Source: the human T2T-CHM13v2.0 reference genome, Homo sapiens. Taken from it: a stretch of DNA of 64,000 nucleotides. The position numbers were made by a program, and so were the translations under genes. A model generated the notes under the pieces. That model was not told where the DNA came from, did not search any database, and was given only the letters and a program-made list of their open reading frames with translations. Where the stretch lies: the NCBI RefSeq assembly GCF_009914755.1, contig NC_060930.1. One strand, written 5' to 3'. Shown piece after piece: positions 1-14,452 of this stretch (position 1 is the first letter of the stretch; the number at the start of each line of letters is the position of its first letter).

Positions 1-632
1 GAGCCACACTTAAGCCTGCAGTGTAGGGTGACGCCATGGGGCCACGTGACAGCCTGCCTCTCCAAAGCTGTTACTGTCAGTAGTATTTAGAGGAAAGGAA
101 AAAAGTTGTAACAAGTGTAACACGAACATTAAGGAATACCAAGTCAGAGCCAATTAGGACGATAATTTGGCACTCCTGCCTCATGCATATGAAAAAGGAT
201 CCGCCATCAATGAGCAATAATGCATGGGATTTGTGGGAATGCTCTAACTTCAATACATCAAAGACGCTGCTGCACACCTCCGTCTTTTTTATTCCCATTA
301 GCTCACCCTTGTCTGGATGAAAGAGCTCAGTGAATCAACTGCTTCTGTTGAACTGTTTATATATTTTTCAAGTCATGATTAGGCCATTAGTCACTGAGCA
401 TATTGCACAGTAAACTAGAGTAACTGCCATTATGCAACTTCCCAAGAACATACAGAGAGCATTTACAGTGAGGCCACAGTGCCAGCAAAATGTGCAACGG
501 AGACTATTTATCAGCAATTATAAGAACTGTGCATTTAAATGCCAAATAAAATATACACGTGGCAGATACAGAAGTTGAGGGGGAAAAGATGCATGATTAA
601 AGTACCAATATCTGCTCTTCTGAATGTATTAG

Positions 633-1241
<609 letters not shown>

Positions 1242-3050
1242 TAAAGAACACTAATAGAAGAAAAAGAAAGGAACATGTAAAAGTGGCATTTAATTTATCA
1301 GGACCCTTAGTCACATTCACATACATTGCCCATGATAAGCCAGTGACAAATATAATTGAAGTTTTAAAGTACGTGTGCAAGGGATCAGCTACTTGAAACC
1401 TCCCAGCAGGAAAACAAGAAATAAGGGACCATGAGGAAGAGATCCAGGTCTCCACATTTACTGTACAAGTAATAACATAAGCAAGAGACTTCCTAAGAGT
1501 GTTTTATAGTATTTTACATGGCAAGACTCTTACTCTCCAGTCTGTTAATCCTCACTTTCCCGCTTCTATTCATATGCTTTATATGTATTTATTTGTTGAG
1601 TTATATATTTTAGCTGAACTTGGAATGACAGTTATTTTTAAGAGGCTACCAACATGGGTCAGGAAGAACCTCAGAAACCTGGCTCACAGTTGCTCTGGCA
1701 TAAAAAGCCTTGACCGCCAAAACCAACCAGGGAGTTGATGAGATCTAGGTTTCCAAAACACCACGAAAAGGCATCTTTTGCTTTCTCCCATCTGGCCATT
1801 AAAAAAAAAAATAGTTATTTACCAAAGAAGATTCTTTTTGTAATACAATCAATCACTTCCTCCTGTGTTTAGGGTTCAAATCTAGAAGTCCATATGTCAG
1901 TCTAGCTTAGAGCAAAATGTAGCTTTCTTCACCTTGGACTAGAACAACCTATGAGAGAAAGATGGTGCCCAATGGGCCAGCACACAGCTGCTTTCTAAAT
2001 TGACAGCCCTGAGCTTCTCCATGGACAGTGTTCCAAAACTAACTGTGGCTGTTAGGATAAAGAGGGCAGTTTCTCAGCTTCAGTGCCTTTAAGGTTATTT
2101 CAACTTTCCACCTCTGTTAACTACGCTGCAGAAACTTTTGACACTGAACTCTCCTTAATATCCATAAGCCAGAGATGTTCATTAGAAAAATTTCTCACTC
2201 CTCATCAGACAGCTGAAGACCTGAGTCCTTTGTCTTCCCCTATTCTGGAGATCACATTGAAGGGATTTTTGGGCTACCTGAAAGTGTTTATGACAGACAG
2301 ACTCTTGGATTTAGGCTTAGGACAAGCAAACCTTTCATATGAGTCCTTAAAAACAGACAGTGCTCTGTTTGTAACTTTGAACCCCATTCTAGTACAAACA
2401 TGCTTGGCAACTAGTGCCGGAGGGTTAACCAGAGAGTTTTCTTCCTGGCAAATTGCTCTGCCGCCACCATGGGTATTAACACTCCAGGATCCCTGCAACT
2501 TTCCCTTCTTCCTCTATTCCTCGTCCCCTGCCCCGAGATATTATCTGTGCCCAAGCTGCAGGGGTTGAGGTCACACATCTGGTGCCAAGGAGCTGTCAGT
2601 GCCTCCGGCAGTGGCACAGTTCATGGTTCACGGTTCTTCTCCTGGCCCCTCCCTTGGTCTGGCATGCTGACAGAAAATTGTTCTTTTTTTCATCATTTGT
2701 CTGTGACTCAGAGGCAGACCATGGGGCCAACAAATCCAGCCCATGATCACGCTTGAAGGCACAGGGATATCTAGAAGTCATCCCCCAAACTTCAGGGACT
2801 ATTGTCAAACCTTCTTGGGATACAGACATATTTCTCAGATCTCCTTTGGAAAGATCTTAGACTTGCTTGACAGGGGTCCTTGGAGATGATCAAATCCATA
2901 ACCCTCCTCTCATTTTAAAGTTTTCTTTATTGGATTCTTTATGGGAGACCAAGTTCCTTATTGGATTGCTTCCTGTGGACCAAGGATGATGTTTTCTAGG
3001 GACTTATTGAAACTTGAGAGTCGGAAGTGGTCTGAAGGATTGTTTGATTT

Positions 3051-3227
3051 AGTGGTCCTGTGAACTGACATTGCCTAATAGCTGTTGTAACATAAAGATT
3101 CTCAGGTCTCAGCCCCACCCCTTACCCAAACCCTTGGCTAATTCCACAGAGGCCTGTCTCACTCTGTCGCCCAGGCTGGAGTGCAGTGGCTCTCCAGGGT
3201 TTTCTGAAGCCACATTTGAAAACCACT
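3051..3227. mobile_element. MER5-like hAT-Charlie MITE remnant containing a 36-nt Alu fragment
   Basis: Ends agtggt...accact (inverted). Internal 'agattctcagg..ccccaccc' and 'ctccagggttttctga..tttgaaaaccact' resemble MER5. Alu piece at 3155-3190. Confidence 0.55.
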
Positions 3228-3700
3228 TATATAACCCAACTTCCTCATTTTCCTAAGGCTCAGAGAACTTCGGTTATTTGCCAAAGGCCGCACAACAGTT
3301 AATGACAGGCCTAAGACTTCCACCCAGTTCCCAGCGTGCTCAACCAGTGATGGTCTTTGCATTTACTTTCTGAGCATTTAGCGTTCAGTAAAACCTCAAT
3401 CATTTACTCTCTGCTAATAGAGATAATGTATTCTTAATGAATATATAATTCAATTTCCTTGAATGTATTATATAACCTATAAAATTTTAGGATCTTATTA
3501 GCAAGTTAAATGTCTCCTTTCTTAAATTAGGGCTGGTTTTTTTTTTTGAAGAATTAAGGATTCTTCATTAATTCGCCTTCATGTTCTAAGAGTGATAAGA
3601 GACTTCACGGGAAACAAATCAGAAGCACAAGTGAGTGAAATTTTCTTTAGGACAACGAAAGAAATGGTCAATGAACTAACATATTTGTTAACTTCTACAG

Positions 3701-3751
3701 ACAACACACACACACACACATACGTACATGCACACACACATACACACACAC
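3701..3751. repeat. Interrupted (CA)n microsatellite
   Basis: Direct reading. Confidence 0.9.
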
Positions 3752-6352
3752 CCTCCCACTTCTGGCTCCAGAAATTACTTGTTACTTACTATGTGGGAAG
3801 GAATTCAAATGCTTTCACTGTTATGTCAGGTCAATCTGTTAAGTGTATTGTAAATTTTTGCCACATCAGTATCCCACTTTGATCACTAATGCCATTTGTA
3901 TATTAGCTTGTAATACACACTGATCATAAAGCAATAAAACTGCATTTTGCTAAACTTTAAAAATGAAGGCTTTTGCCCAATGACACTGACATCCTCACGC
4001 CACCACCTCCCCGCCCCCATTATTCAGAATAAGTGGAGTGTGGAGCATTGGGTTTTCCCTTTCTGGGGAGGAACAAATGAATGAGTAACTAGTGAGGGCA
4101 TCTTAGGGAGTTCCCCCGCCCACAGACTATGAGGCATCTTGATTTGAAAGGAATACACAATATTGCTGCTGCACCCACACCACACGCACACAAAAACACT
4201 TTTAAAGTTGACTTCTTACATAAAAGCCAGCAGTACTCCCTGCTAGAATCTGAAGAAAAGAATATTATTATTACTATTATTATTTTACTGGCAAGGCCTT
4301 TCAGGGGGTTATGCTTCATTCAATTGAGCCTAATTGATAAAGCTAACACATGTTTACAGGTAATAAAAATGAAGTACTATCTACATGGAAACAAATCAGG
4401 GAGCAGAGGAACCAGTCATTATTCATTCTTTAAACTGTAAAAACTAAAATGTTCTCTAAGCATTATCAAGTCCTAAACAAAAATATAATTTCACAAAGCA
4501 AAGACATTCATTTTATCGTTCAATAAATTATTTTAAGAGCAGAAAGCACTGACTTTAGCTTTACTGGTATATTTATTTGTTATCTCTGTTCTTAAAAATG
4601 GAATATTTCCAGGGACAAAAAGTATAAGTAATACGTGATTAATATGGTTTCATATATTTTAAAAATATCTGACATTTAAAACAATATCTTAATACCGAAT
4701 ATTCTTAATGAAAAGTTCTGTTTTTTTTGAAAAGTCCTCCATACATACATGTCAATTCACAAAAATGCAAATTCTAAAAATTACTCAAAATGCATTGTCT
4801 TTTCGCTTCCTGATACTATATTTTGCAGTGCATGGTGGCAAAGGCAATAAGGTTTTTGGTAATACCTTGTTACACAGATTATTTATAGTCATCCCAAAAC
4901 ATATATAACACAGAGTCTTAAATTTTAAAACCATATCAGATACTAAAATATACAATTTATCCTTCCAGGTCTTTCCTAAAAGGTATACATACACTTCCGA
5001 AGTAGTATAAAAAAAAGAGGTCATTTCAAATCTGATAACGCACTGTGAATTAGTGAATTATCTTAACAACACTGTCCTAATTAAGACCAATAAGAAAGCC
5101 ATCCATCCAATATTCCACGAGACAGCCAGGCTTCCCGTTGTGTAATTATTCACCTCATAGTGGTCCACCTTGAAGGCATGCAACACACAGTTTTACGTGG
5201 ATTATGCCGAAAAGAGATATTTATATAGAAGGGAATTACTTAGGACATGCGGATGTCCCTAAAATAAAGATTCTTGACCACTCGAGCTACTCAGTATTTC
5301 TCTCTAGGCTAGAAACAGAAAAGATTAAATAACATATTCATATGGGAAGTCAATTTTTCCATCAATGAAAAGCAAGAAACCGTAAGAGCATTTCAAGGCA
5401 AGATCTTTTAAAGTCCTACAAATATTTAAGTATAACCTCTCTACACTTTTTAAAAATACAGTTTATTTAAAGATATAAGGAAAGTCCATCAAATAAACAA
5501 GAAATATTTACTGAGAACCTCCTTTGTGGCCAGGATTATGTTTCTATCTAAGTCCCATGAACTTGGAGCATATTTACAAAATTATTTAACTTTATAAAGT
5601 ATTTCAATGAATAATGCAGTCTTCCAAAATGTGCATGGGGCTGTAATTCCATCTAGTGTTTACGATGACACTATAAGCCTTGGATGGAATTACAATCTTA
5701 ATGGGAACAATCAGAGTGCACTACTCCATATGCTCAGAGAATTCAGGATGAACTCAACTTCTAAAATAAAAAGCACCAAGCCATTGGCATGTAATTACAA
5801 CCAGGAGGCCAAGCTGTCTGCTTGCTAGTATATGAGAAATGCTCAATTGAAAGTACCATCTCACCTTATTGTAGCAAAACCTATTTAATGTATCTGAAAA
5901 ACCTCTTCCTCTCCAAAATTAAACTTTCGACTTTCGTGATGAGAAAATTTCCACAAGGGTCTACCACATAGAGGTGATATATATCGGGTGATGACAAGAT
6001 TGTCTGGATGCTACCAATAAAATCTAAGAATCTTCTAATACCACCTACATGCACCTAAACTTAAACTCTGAAAAGTACAATGTATTAAGAAACAGGAAAA
6101 AAAATCATGCTCAAGAGCCCTTTGAAATTACTGGCATTTCTTCTAATTTTTGGGGGCTAGTCTGACATTTATTAGCATAAACAAAGCAAAGTGCCTTGTG
6201 TCCGCAAGAGGGAAAAAAAAAAACTTTAGAGAGATTAAACTCAGAGTTGTAGAAAAAGTTTAGAAACGGATTTAGAATTTCGCAGGAAAAAGAAAAGACA
6301 GTGACACTATGAATCAGCATTTTCGTATAAGCAGCCTGGAATCAAAGAAGAA

Positions 6353-6354
<2 letters not shown>

Positions 6355-6386
<32 letters not shown>
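6355..6386. repeat. (AC)16 microsatellite
   Basis: Perfect dinucleotide run. Confidence 0.95.
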
Positions 6387-6389
<3 letters not shown>

Positions 6390-7617
6390 GGATACAGCAC
6401 CGTGAAGAATGAAGACACAAATGCATACAAATTTAGTCTGTATATTTATATTTGGAATACAAATGGCTTCTACGGTCTTTTTGTGCCTTTATCATACCTA
6501 ACTTTATCTGGTACTCATAGAGGTCACCAAAGCTGTATAAAATCATAGCAACCAGAAAACTAAAGGAAACAAACACCTCTGGCAGAAATCCTCACCAAAC
6601 AAAGTATAAGGCATAAAGAAACTATACTTTCATTGGCCACTTTTAACATAGCCATGCTTCTACCTGTGAAGGTATGGGACAATTCCATGAAAACTGAGTT
6701 CACGGAGGGCCCTCCTGTGGGTTATGTATCCTGGGTTCCAGCATAACCCCTGGTTGAGAACTTACTATTAACATTAGCTCTTCAATTTATTTTCATGATC
6801 CAGGGACTTGTGTATATTGTATCACAGTGGTTACCTAAAATAAAAAGTAACCAGATAGGAGACAGTAAAACAATATTGATGAATTTCCATGAGAATGAGA
6901 CATATCATTTAGGAGCTTTACTTAAAAACCTTCCTGCTAAACAAACAAAAAAGGACTAATGCGATATCTGTCTCTTGGGGTCTCCCATGCTTATGAATTG
7001 AGAAAACACACTTGATATAAGTAAATGAAGAAACAATAGTTGAAACAGCCCTGAAGTGACAGAAAAAATGGAAGTAGGGTTCTAAGCTCAACTCCAGAGG
7101 CAAGGTGGTACAGAATACCAGCTGGATGAACAGTTCAAAGCTTCCCTAGTTGAGGGTCTCTACCTCAATGACAGACAAAACTCCTAACTTTGGCTTTCTC
7201 CATAGAGCATCAACCAAATTCAGTAATGATGAAGTACCTGCTTAACACTATAGGTTGAATAACTTTTGACAAGCTGTAACATCCTGTTGGTGGAAAATAG
7301 CCAGCCTTGCTCAACATAATATTGCAAACCCAAAACAGGGTAATTGTGCAAAGAGAGAATTTTGTGTATGTCCCCTTTCCAGAAAATATTCTGGGTGACA
7401 TCCAATCTGCTTTTACCCGGCTCACTTATTTACAATTGGGGCTGCCTAAAATGCAATGCCATTCTAAAACTACCAATAAACTATTTTGTGAAATCAAGTT
7501 TAGTAACTTGAGATTCTCATTTATGATATCCCTGACAACCACCAAAACCTGATTAGACATCTCTCTCCTTTGTCTAGGTGCTTTACTGAAAAAAAGCATG
7601 GAAATAGACTTGGAGAT

Positions 7618-7763
7618 GCATGTGTGTGTATGTGTGTGTGTGGTGTGTATACATGTGTATTGCATGTGTATGTACATATATAGTATGAATATGTGCGCAT
7701 ATGTGTACGTGTATATGCAGATGTGTATATGTGTACTCTGTGTGTGTGTATGTGTGTGTGTGT
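7618..7763. repeat. Degenerate (TG)/(TA) microsatellite
   Basis: ~145-nt alternating purine/pyrimidine tract; source of the THTH/VCVC ORFs. Confidence 0.9.
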
Positions 7764-8011
7764 CCATGTATTTAAACACACTGCTTTTCCTATATGCAGC
7801 AGGAATTTCCTATCTGGCATATGAAGACAATACATACTCTTTTGGATGGAGCTGGTGAGTCAGGCAGTGTTTTGGAACTGCAATACTTGAGTCTGCGTGA
7901 CTCATGAGGAAAGCAAGTCTGGGGTCTGGGACTGTTGTATCAAAATGGGAAGGAGTGGGAAAGAAGATGGCTTTTTATAATTTAAATTTTTATTTTTTAT
8001 ATTGTTGTAAG

Positions 8012-8190
8012 TTTTTACTTTTGAGACAGGGTATCACTCTCTTGCTCAGGCTAGAGCGCAGTGGCATGATCATAGCTCACTACAGCCACAAACTCCTGGG
8101 CCCATGGGATCCTCCCACCTCAGCTCCCGAGCAGCTGAGACTACAGGCAAGAGCCACCACACCCAGTCAATTTTTTCTTTTTTTTCCTTC

Positions 8191-8221
<31 letters not shown>

Positions 8222-8301
8222 TTTTTGTAGAGATGGAGTCTCCCTATGTTGCCCAAGCTGCTGTCAAACTCCTGGGCTCAAGGGATCCTCCCACCTTGGC
8301 C
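8012..8301 (-). mobile_element. AluJ-type, 5'-truncated, expanded central A-rich linker
   Basis: 'ctcctgggctcaagggatcctcccacc' J-type pattern; T-rich linker 8171-8226. Confidence 0.92.
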
Positions 8302-8304
8302 TAG

Positions 8305-8601
8305 ATTTGTATTTTTAATTGACAAATAATAATTGCATGTAGTTATGGGTTATAATGTGATGTTTTGATATAGCTACATATACTATAAAATGATTATATT
8401 AAGCTGATTAATATGTCCATCACCTCACATACTTATTTTTTATAATGAAGACATTTAAAAACGTATTCTTTTAGCAATCTTGACATTTATAATACCTTAT
8501 TATGAGGGCTAAAAATGAATAATATTAATAATCCTGTACAATGGGTCTCAGAAACTTAGCCCTCTTGTCTAACTGAAACGTCTGTACCGTTTGATCAACC
8601 A
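8305..8601 (-). mobile_element. L1MA-type 3' end fragment
   Basis: 'ttttaattgacaaataataattg...atcacctcacatacttatt...tctaactgaaac..tgtacc.tttga.caac' matches antisense L1MA 3'UTR. TSD aagatggctttt at 7964-7975 and 8602-8613. Confidence 0.85.
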
Positions 8602-8759
8602 AAGATGGCTTTTGTTGGCAATTCAATTTTTTTGACAAATTCCTCATTTTTGTCTTCATTTGGAGTTTTTATCCATTACAAGAGAGGAAGATGACACAAG
8701 CCAGAATAGAGGAAGATGAAACAAACCACTCAGGATTCTGAAGGGAACACTGGGTTGGG

Positions 8760-8897
8760 TTTTTTTTAATTTTAATTTTGATGTTTATTATTTGTCTTAG
8801 AGACGGGGTCTCACTATGTTGCCCAAGTTGGCCTTGAACTCCTCTGCTCAAGTGACCCTTTGGCTGGGACTGCATGAGCACACCACTGCATCAGGCT
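8760..8897 (-). mobile_element. FLAM/Alu left-monomer remnant
   Basis: 'agacggggtctcactatgttgcccaag..ggccttgaactcct..gctcaagtga' after a T-rich tail. Confidence 0.8.
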
Positions 8898-9341
8898 CAT
8901 CCAGTTGAGGTTTTTTAAAATACTGTTTTTGCTCTGATTGGGTAGCCTCAAAGAGGAGGAAGAGAGTCATGATGAGCTTGATTCAGAATCTTCAGCTCTC
9001 CACTCTATCAGCAACCTGCCTTCCTTCAAGTCTACTTGGCCCAGTGCTGTTATTCCTCCTCCACTGGCAACTAGATGTGTGAGTGACATTGATTCCTATT
9101 ACCAGAGGGATTAACTCCAAAGTTCTCTTGAAGGTTTTACAGTTCTTTTCCAGCAGTTCCTCATTCTTCAAAGGTAATTAACCTCTTGATGGGCTTACAG
9201 CAGAAGCAGTGTTAGAAGTCCCAACACATTGATGATATGTTATAAACCAGGGGAGAGGATAATTGGAAAATGTATTTCCAGCCTCATTGGAAAATATATT
9301 TCCATTTATTGAGAAAAAGTAACTCAAGTGTTTAGGAACAT

Positions 9342-9460
9342 ATGAATCACAGAATTGTAGATTGGCAGAGGCCTTAGAAAACCATGCTATTTCGACTTCT
9401 ACTAATAATGAGAAAACGGAGGTGGAAAGAGGGAGAGTGACCTGCCGAGCCACAGTTACC
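9342..9460 (-). mobile_element. MIR-family fragment
   Basis: 'aatcacagaattgtag..ccttaga..atgagaaaacggagg..gagtgacctgcc' MIR core. Confidence 0.55.
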
Positions 9461-9919
9461 CAACCAGCACCAATGTAGTCAGTGCTGCCTGGAGCGAGAC
9501 CTGACCATACTGTGGGGCAGAATCTCCCCTCCAATCCCCTTCATAAAGCACGATGATGCTGTTCAAACACAACCTGTGCCTCCTGTCCTTAGAGCTCCAG
9601 ATTTCATTTTAGGAGAGGATTACGAAATAATGACTAAGCTCTGAAAACTGAGAATGAGACAAAGGAAGAAAGGGAGATAAGAAGGAAGACAGTAAGAGAG
9701 TCAACAAGCAACTTATTGTAGTGTTTGCAATCACTACTTGTGCCTTTCATTACATTTAAATGCATGTCGAAATGACATGATGCAACCACCTTCATGCATT
9801 CTGCAGTGAAAAAGATGGTGCCAGGTTGGAATTTCATTGTAAGTGTCGCAGAAATATCCCTTTGGAATCAGGTCCCAAATCATTATTTGCTCCTTTTATC
9901 ATTGTCATCATCGTGTATC

Positions 9920-10033
9920 ATGGCAAAGCTCCCTGAGGGGAGGAGCTCTGTCTGTCTTGTTCACTATCATATTCCTTACACCTACGGCATCCATGGGACA
10001 AGCTAAGTAAAATTTACTGAAAGGCTGAATAAA
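9920..10033 (+). mobile_element. L2 3' end fragment
   Basis: 'aagctccctgaggggagg..tgtctgtcttgttcact' is typical of L2 3' ends. Confidence 0.6.
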
Positions 10034-10448
10034 AACTTCCACATGGAATGAAGAAGAAATATGCATAGTTTGAAAATGCATATGCAGTATTACAGTTTTC
10101 TGTAAAGGAAAATGAAAGAAGACCTGTTTAAAATTTAAAACCACATTAAAAGATTGAGAGTTTTTTGTATTTATAAAAAGCTGAGGTATGTTAAAAATGG
10201 AAAGCACCTATTAAGCTGTTACTGTCAGTTTCACCTGTTAAGTAGGTACTATTAGTTAAGCCAGCATAGTTCCTGAGTTGCAAAGCATATACAGGCTGAA
10301 GCACAATGTCAAGAAAACATGTTAAAGGGTGGTAAATAAATAGCCACTGAGAAGATACTCTGAACAGATAAATAAGAAAAAAGCAAATGTAGTTGAAATA
10401 AATGGAAGCTCTAGGCAGTGTGTGGACAGACAGAACAAAAGTGGTCAA

Positions 10449-10670
10449 TGTTTATGCCTTGGCCTGAATGTCTGTGTGCCTCCAAAATTCACATGTCGAA
10501 TCCTAACTCCCCACGTGATAGTATTAGGGAGTGGAGCCCTTGGGAGGTGCCCTCTTGAATGGAATTAGCACCTTTATCAAAGAACTCCCCCAGGAACTGC
10601 TTTGCCTCTTCCACCATGTGAGGATACACAGAGAAGGTGCCATCTGTGAGCCTTAGAAGAAGCCTTAGAA
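10449..10670 (+). mobile_element. ERVL-MaLR LTR (MLT1A-like), 5' part
   Basis: 'tgaatgtctgtgtgcctccaaaattcacatgtcgaatcctaactcccca.gtgatagtatta...ccaccatgtgaggatacacagagaaggtgccatct'. Confidence 0.85.
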
Positions 10671-10672
10671 TA

Positions 10673-10967
<295 letters not shown>

Positions 10968-11399
10968 CTATTTGTAACCATTGAAGTAAACATTTTTCTT
11001 TGTGCTTTTAAATTCAAACCTCTACCTTAGCAGCCATATCACAGTCACAAATTAACTATATGGCAAGTAATCTGTATGATTACTTTGGGTTCTCAGATGA
11101 CTTGCTATGTATTTAATGAAGTAAAATTGTAAGTCAAGTCAGATATAGGTAGGTACAATAATATTAACAAATGTAATCAAAAGATTTGTCTATTTTAAAG
11201 ACTCAAGAAAGACAATTATACCCAATTAACACACACATTCATATGAAGGGTACAAATACCTAATTTTTGGAAAACATTTCATATAATTTTGGCCATTGTA
11301 AATATATAAATAATAATAAGAAGAAGACCACTACCGCCACCACCAACAACAAAAACAATAGCAACCACTTTCTAAAACATGAAGGCTAAGGAATAAGCA

Positions 11400-12135
11400 G
11401 TGTGCTGGGCACTTTACCTGTATTCCATTGTGTTCTTACAGGTACATTCCATGTTCTATATTTTCACTTTAGAGATGTGGAAACTGAAGCTCAGGCTAAG
11501 TAATGGGCCCAAGATCTCAAATTGGCAGATCTGGGTTCAAAACCTTAGTCAGAACGAGCCCAGACCTCCCATACAGGCAGAGGTCTTTGCAGATGGGAAG
11601 ATATGGATAGATAAGCTTTCTCCTCTACTTAAGCTCAGTGTATCTGTACACTGAGTAGCCATGTAGCATAATGGTGGAGTGCATGGGCTCTGGAGCCAAA
11701 GCTCTAAGTTCAGATTTCAGCTCCGCCACTCACTAGTGCATGCCCTAACTTCTCTGTGCCTCTCAGTGGCCTCAGCTCTGAAGATGAGAATCGTAATAGT
11801 ACCAGAAGAACTGATATCTACCTACTAACAGGGCCACTGTGAGGATTAAATGAGTTACTACACATACAGCACAAAGAACATCAGAGATGTGAGCAAATGT
11901 TTAGTATCCTTTGAAATACTAAAAAGAGCACTGAATTTGAAGTCCAGTGGTCTCCGCCATTGATCTACTGTATGAGCTTAGGCAAGTCCCTCAAGCTTCC
12001 TGAGCTCCACTGTCCTCATCTGTAAAAATGGGATACCAGCGGCCTTGCTTCCTTTCCAGAACATCACAAGAAACAAGCAATGGAAGACAAGGTGTGTGAA
12101 AGGGCTTTGGAAGCTAAAAAGTGCTATATATACCA
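11400..12135. mobile_element. Cluster of three MIR elements (~11400-11545 minus; ~11655-11905 plus; ~11920-12135 plus)
   Basis: Cores 'agatgtggaaactgaagctcag', 'ggctctggagcc..tgtgaggattaaatgag', 'ggcaagtc..cctcatctgtaaaaatggg'. Confidence 0.75.
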
Positions 12136-12928
12136 TGTACATGTGAATTATCGTCATCAACTTTCAGCCTCTCAAAGCCAAAGAGGTCAATCTCTATTCC
12201 ATTCTCTCCTGCCTGAGAATTTAATACTAAGCATCAGTTCCAAAACCTGGACACTGAACTGCTAATCATAACAGAACACATGTCCAGTCACCCAGGACTT
12301 GATCAAACAGAACTCTATTAACTACCTCCTTCTGCACACCCACCGTGAGAACATAATTGATGCTCATCATGGCCCTAAAGCACTCCAAGACTCTGAAGTA
12401 CCTTCAGGGAAAGATTAAATTATGTTCAGCCTAGTTTATTATGAAGTGTATTTAATTATACTCAAATTCTTTGAAAATTGGTGACCTAGGAAAAGCACAG
12501 AGAGTAAGTCACAGGCTCTCTGGTAACTGGAAGCCTCTCCTCACCAGTCCACCCCCAGTCACCCTTCACAGAGTTAATTGTAAAAAATACAGTCCACCCT
12601 AGGGTAGGAAAAACTGGGATTCCGACACACTAATTATAAAAGTCAAAAGAACTTGGCCTTGCCTAATCTTCAAGGATCACTAATGTGCAGAAATACAAAA
12701 GTCAAAACTTGAAACAATGAAAAATTTAATCTACCTAAGATGCCTACATGTTTCAAATAGACTTTTGTTCTTGCTAAGAATGAATTCAATTGTTTGAACA
12801 AAAAATAACACAAATATATCACTATCCGATTATCAGTACTCAAAAGTATAAAAACAGAGGAGTAAGTTAGTATTATGCTCCTGAGAAGAGGAAATTAACA
12901 TTTAGTTTACTGGGTAAGTTTTGTCACT

Positions 12929-13158
12929 TCTTTTTTTTTTTTCTTTTTTTTTTTTTTTTAAGAGACGGAGTCTCGCTCTGTCGCCAGGCTGGAGTGCAGT
13001 GGTGTGATCTTGGCTCACTGCAAGCTCCGCCGCCTCCTGGTTCTAGCAACTCTCCTGCCTCAGCCTCCCAAGTAGCTGGGATTACAGGTGTGTGCCACCA
13101 CGCCCAGCTAATTTTTTGTATTTTAGTGGAGATGGGGTTTCACCATGTTGCCCAGGCT
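12929..13158 (-). mobile_element. 5'-truncated Alu (AluSc-like)
   Basis: Poly-T, right arm with 'ctgtcgccaggctgg', stops in the left arm. Confidence 0.93.
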
Positions 13159-13409
13159 CGTCACAATTGTCCCTTCTTTAAAAGAAATTATGTCTATGTT
13201 AATGAGGAACGTAACAAAATAATGAAAGGCTAAACCGTATTATGGTTGTAAAAGCACAGTTATTTACTTTGTTTAAATTATTTCAACACTGTAGATTATG
13301 TTATCTTTTCCGATTAGAAACTGGGAAACACACGTCAGCCTTAAGGACTACATTTCAGAGCTGAGAGAGAAACAAGTGGTCGTCTACAATAACCTTCTAT
13401 CCAACTCAC

Positions 13410-13590
13410 ATCTCCTCTCTGGAGAATTCCTGATAAGAGGGTCCTACTACCTCTGTTTGAACATCTCCAGTGACAGAGGTTTCACTGCTAAATCAATCAG
13501 CTTGTTCCATTTTTAGACAGTCCTGATTGCCAGAATGTTCCTCCTCAAGTGGAGTCGAACTCTCCCTAGGGTTAACTTCCCTCCTGTTCT
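13410..13590. mobile_element. CR1/L3 LINE relic
   Basis: 'ctctgtttgaacatctccagtgacagagg.ttcact...ttccatttttagacag.cctgattg..agaatgttcctcct' resembles the L3 3' region. Confidence 0.6.
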
Positions 13591-13771
13591 TAGTTCTTGG
13601 TTGCGTACTCTACCACCACTTCAGTAAGTGATTTCACTTCCTGTCAGGCCCTTTGCTAGCCTCACTCATTTTATCAGTTAGGTAATGACTGGCTTCTATT
13701 CACAATTGTCACTGTTATTCTGTGAACCACAGTGACCATTCTTCACAACCACCTACCACCCACTGAAGTGG

Positions 13772-13820
13772 TGGCTCTTGGGCACCATGGCTCTTGGGGA
13801 CCATGGCTCTATGGAGACTA
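13772..13820. repeat. ~16-bp tandem repeat x3 (tggctcttgggcacca)
   Basis: Units 13772-13787, 13788-13803 and a degenerate third unit. Confidence 0.8.
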
Positions 13821-14452
13821 TGATGGGCATGGTCCTAAGGCCATTATGGGATATTTTGGACTTTACTGGGGTCCTGCCATCACATACACTGTTTCTCTGA
13901 GAAACTTAGACTTACAATCTTTCTGAAAAGGACACATTATAAATTAGTATTTCTACTTTTGGGAAAAATCTGTTTCATGAGAAACAAGGCGTAATTTATC
14001 ACTCTGTCTTTTAAGCAGTCTTATGAGCCAAGTCAGTGTTTTGATGCATGCATAAAAATTCCATAGCTCCTCCTCCTGCAGTAGAAGCAGAAGTAGCAGA
14101 GCTGGCAAACCTGTAGTATCCAGATGACTACCTCTGTTTCCTGGAATAACAGAAGCTGAAGATGAACAGGTCATCATCTCCCAGGTACCACCCAAGTACC
14201 CAAGCAAGCCCACCAGGTGTGTGGGACAATTCTAGAGCCCTGGGCCCAGCCTAGGACGGAGACAGCTTCTGAAGTTCTTAGTCTACATCTAACAGGCCTG
14301 TCTTTCCTCCTTGCTGTGGTTAACACTGAAGTTCTAGAAAATGTCCTATTAGTACCTTCATCTTGAGAGGTCAATGATTTAAGAAGAGAAGTGACTGTAT
14401 TTATTTTTATTTTACCCAATGTCCATTTGGGCAGTTACTAAACTTAAAAATG

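Noticed and set aside
7426-7858. Overlapping His/Thr- and Val/Cys-rich ORFs
   Set aside because: Read-through of a TG/TA microsatellite.
13772-13820. Short direct repeats as a CRISPR-like array
   Set aside because: Eukaryotic DNA; adjacent degenerate tandem units with no spacers and no cas genes.
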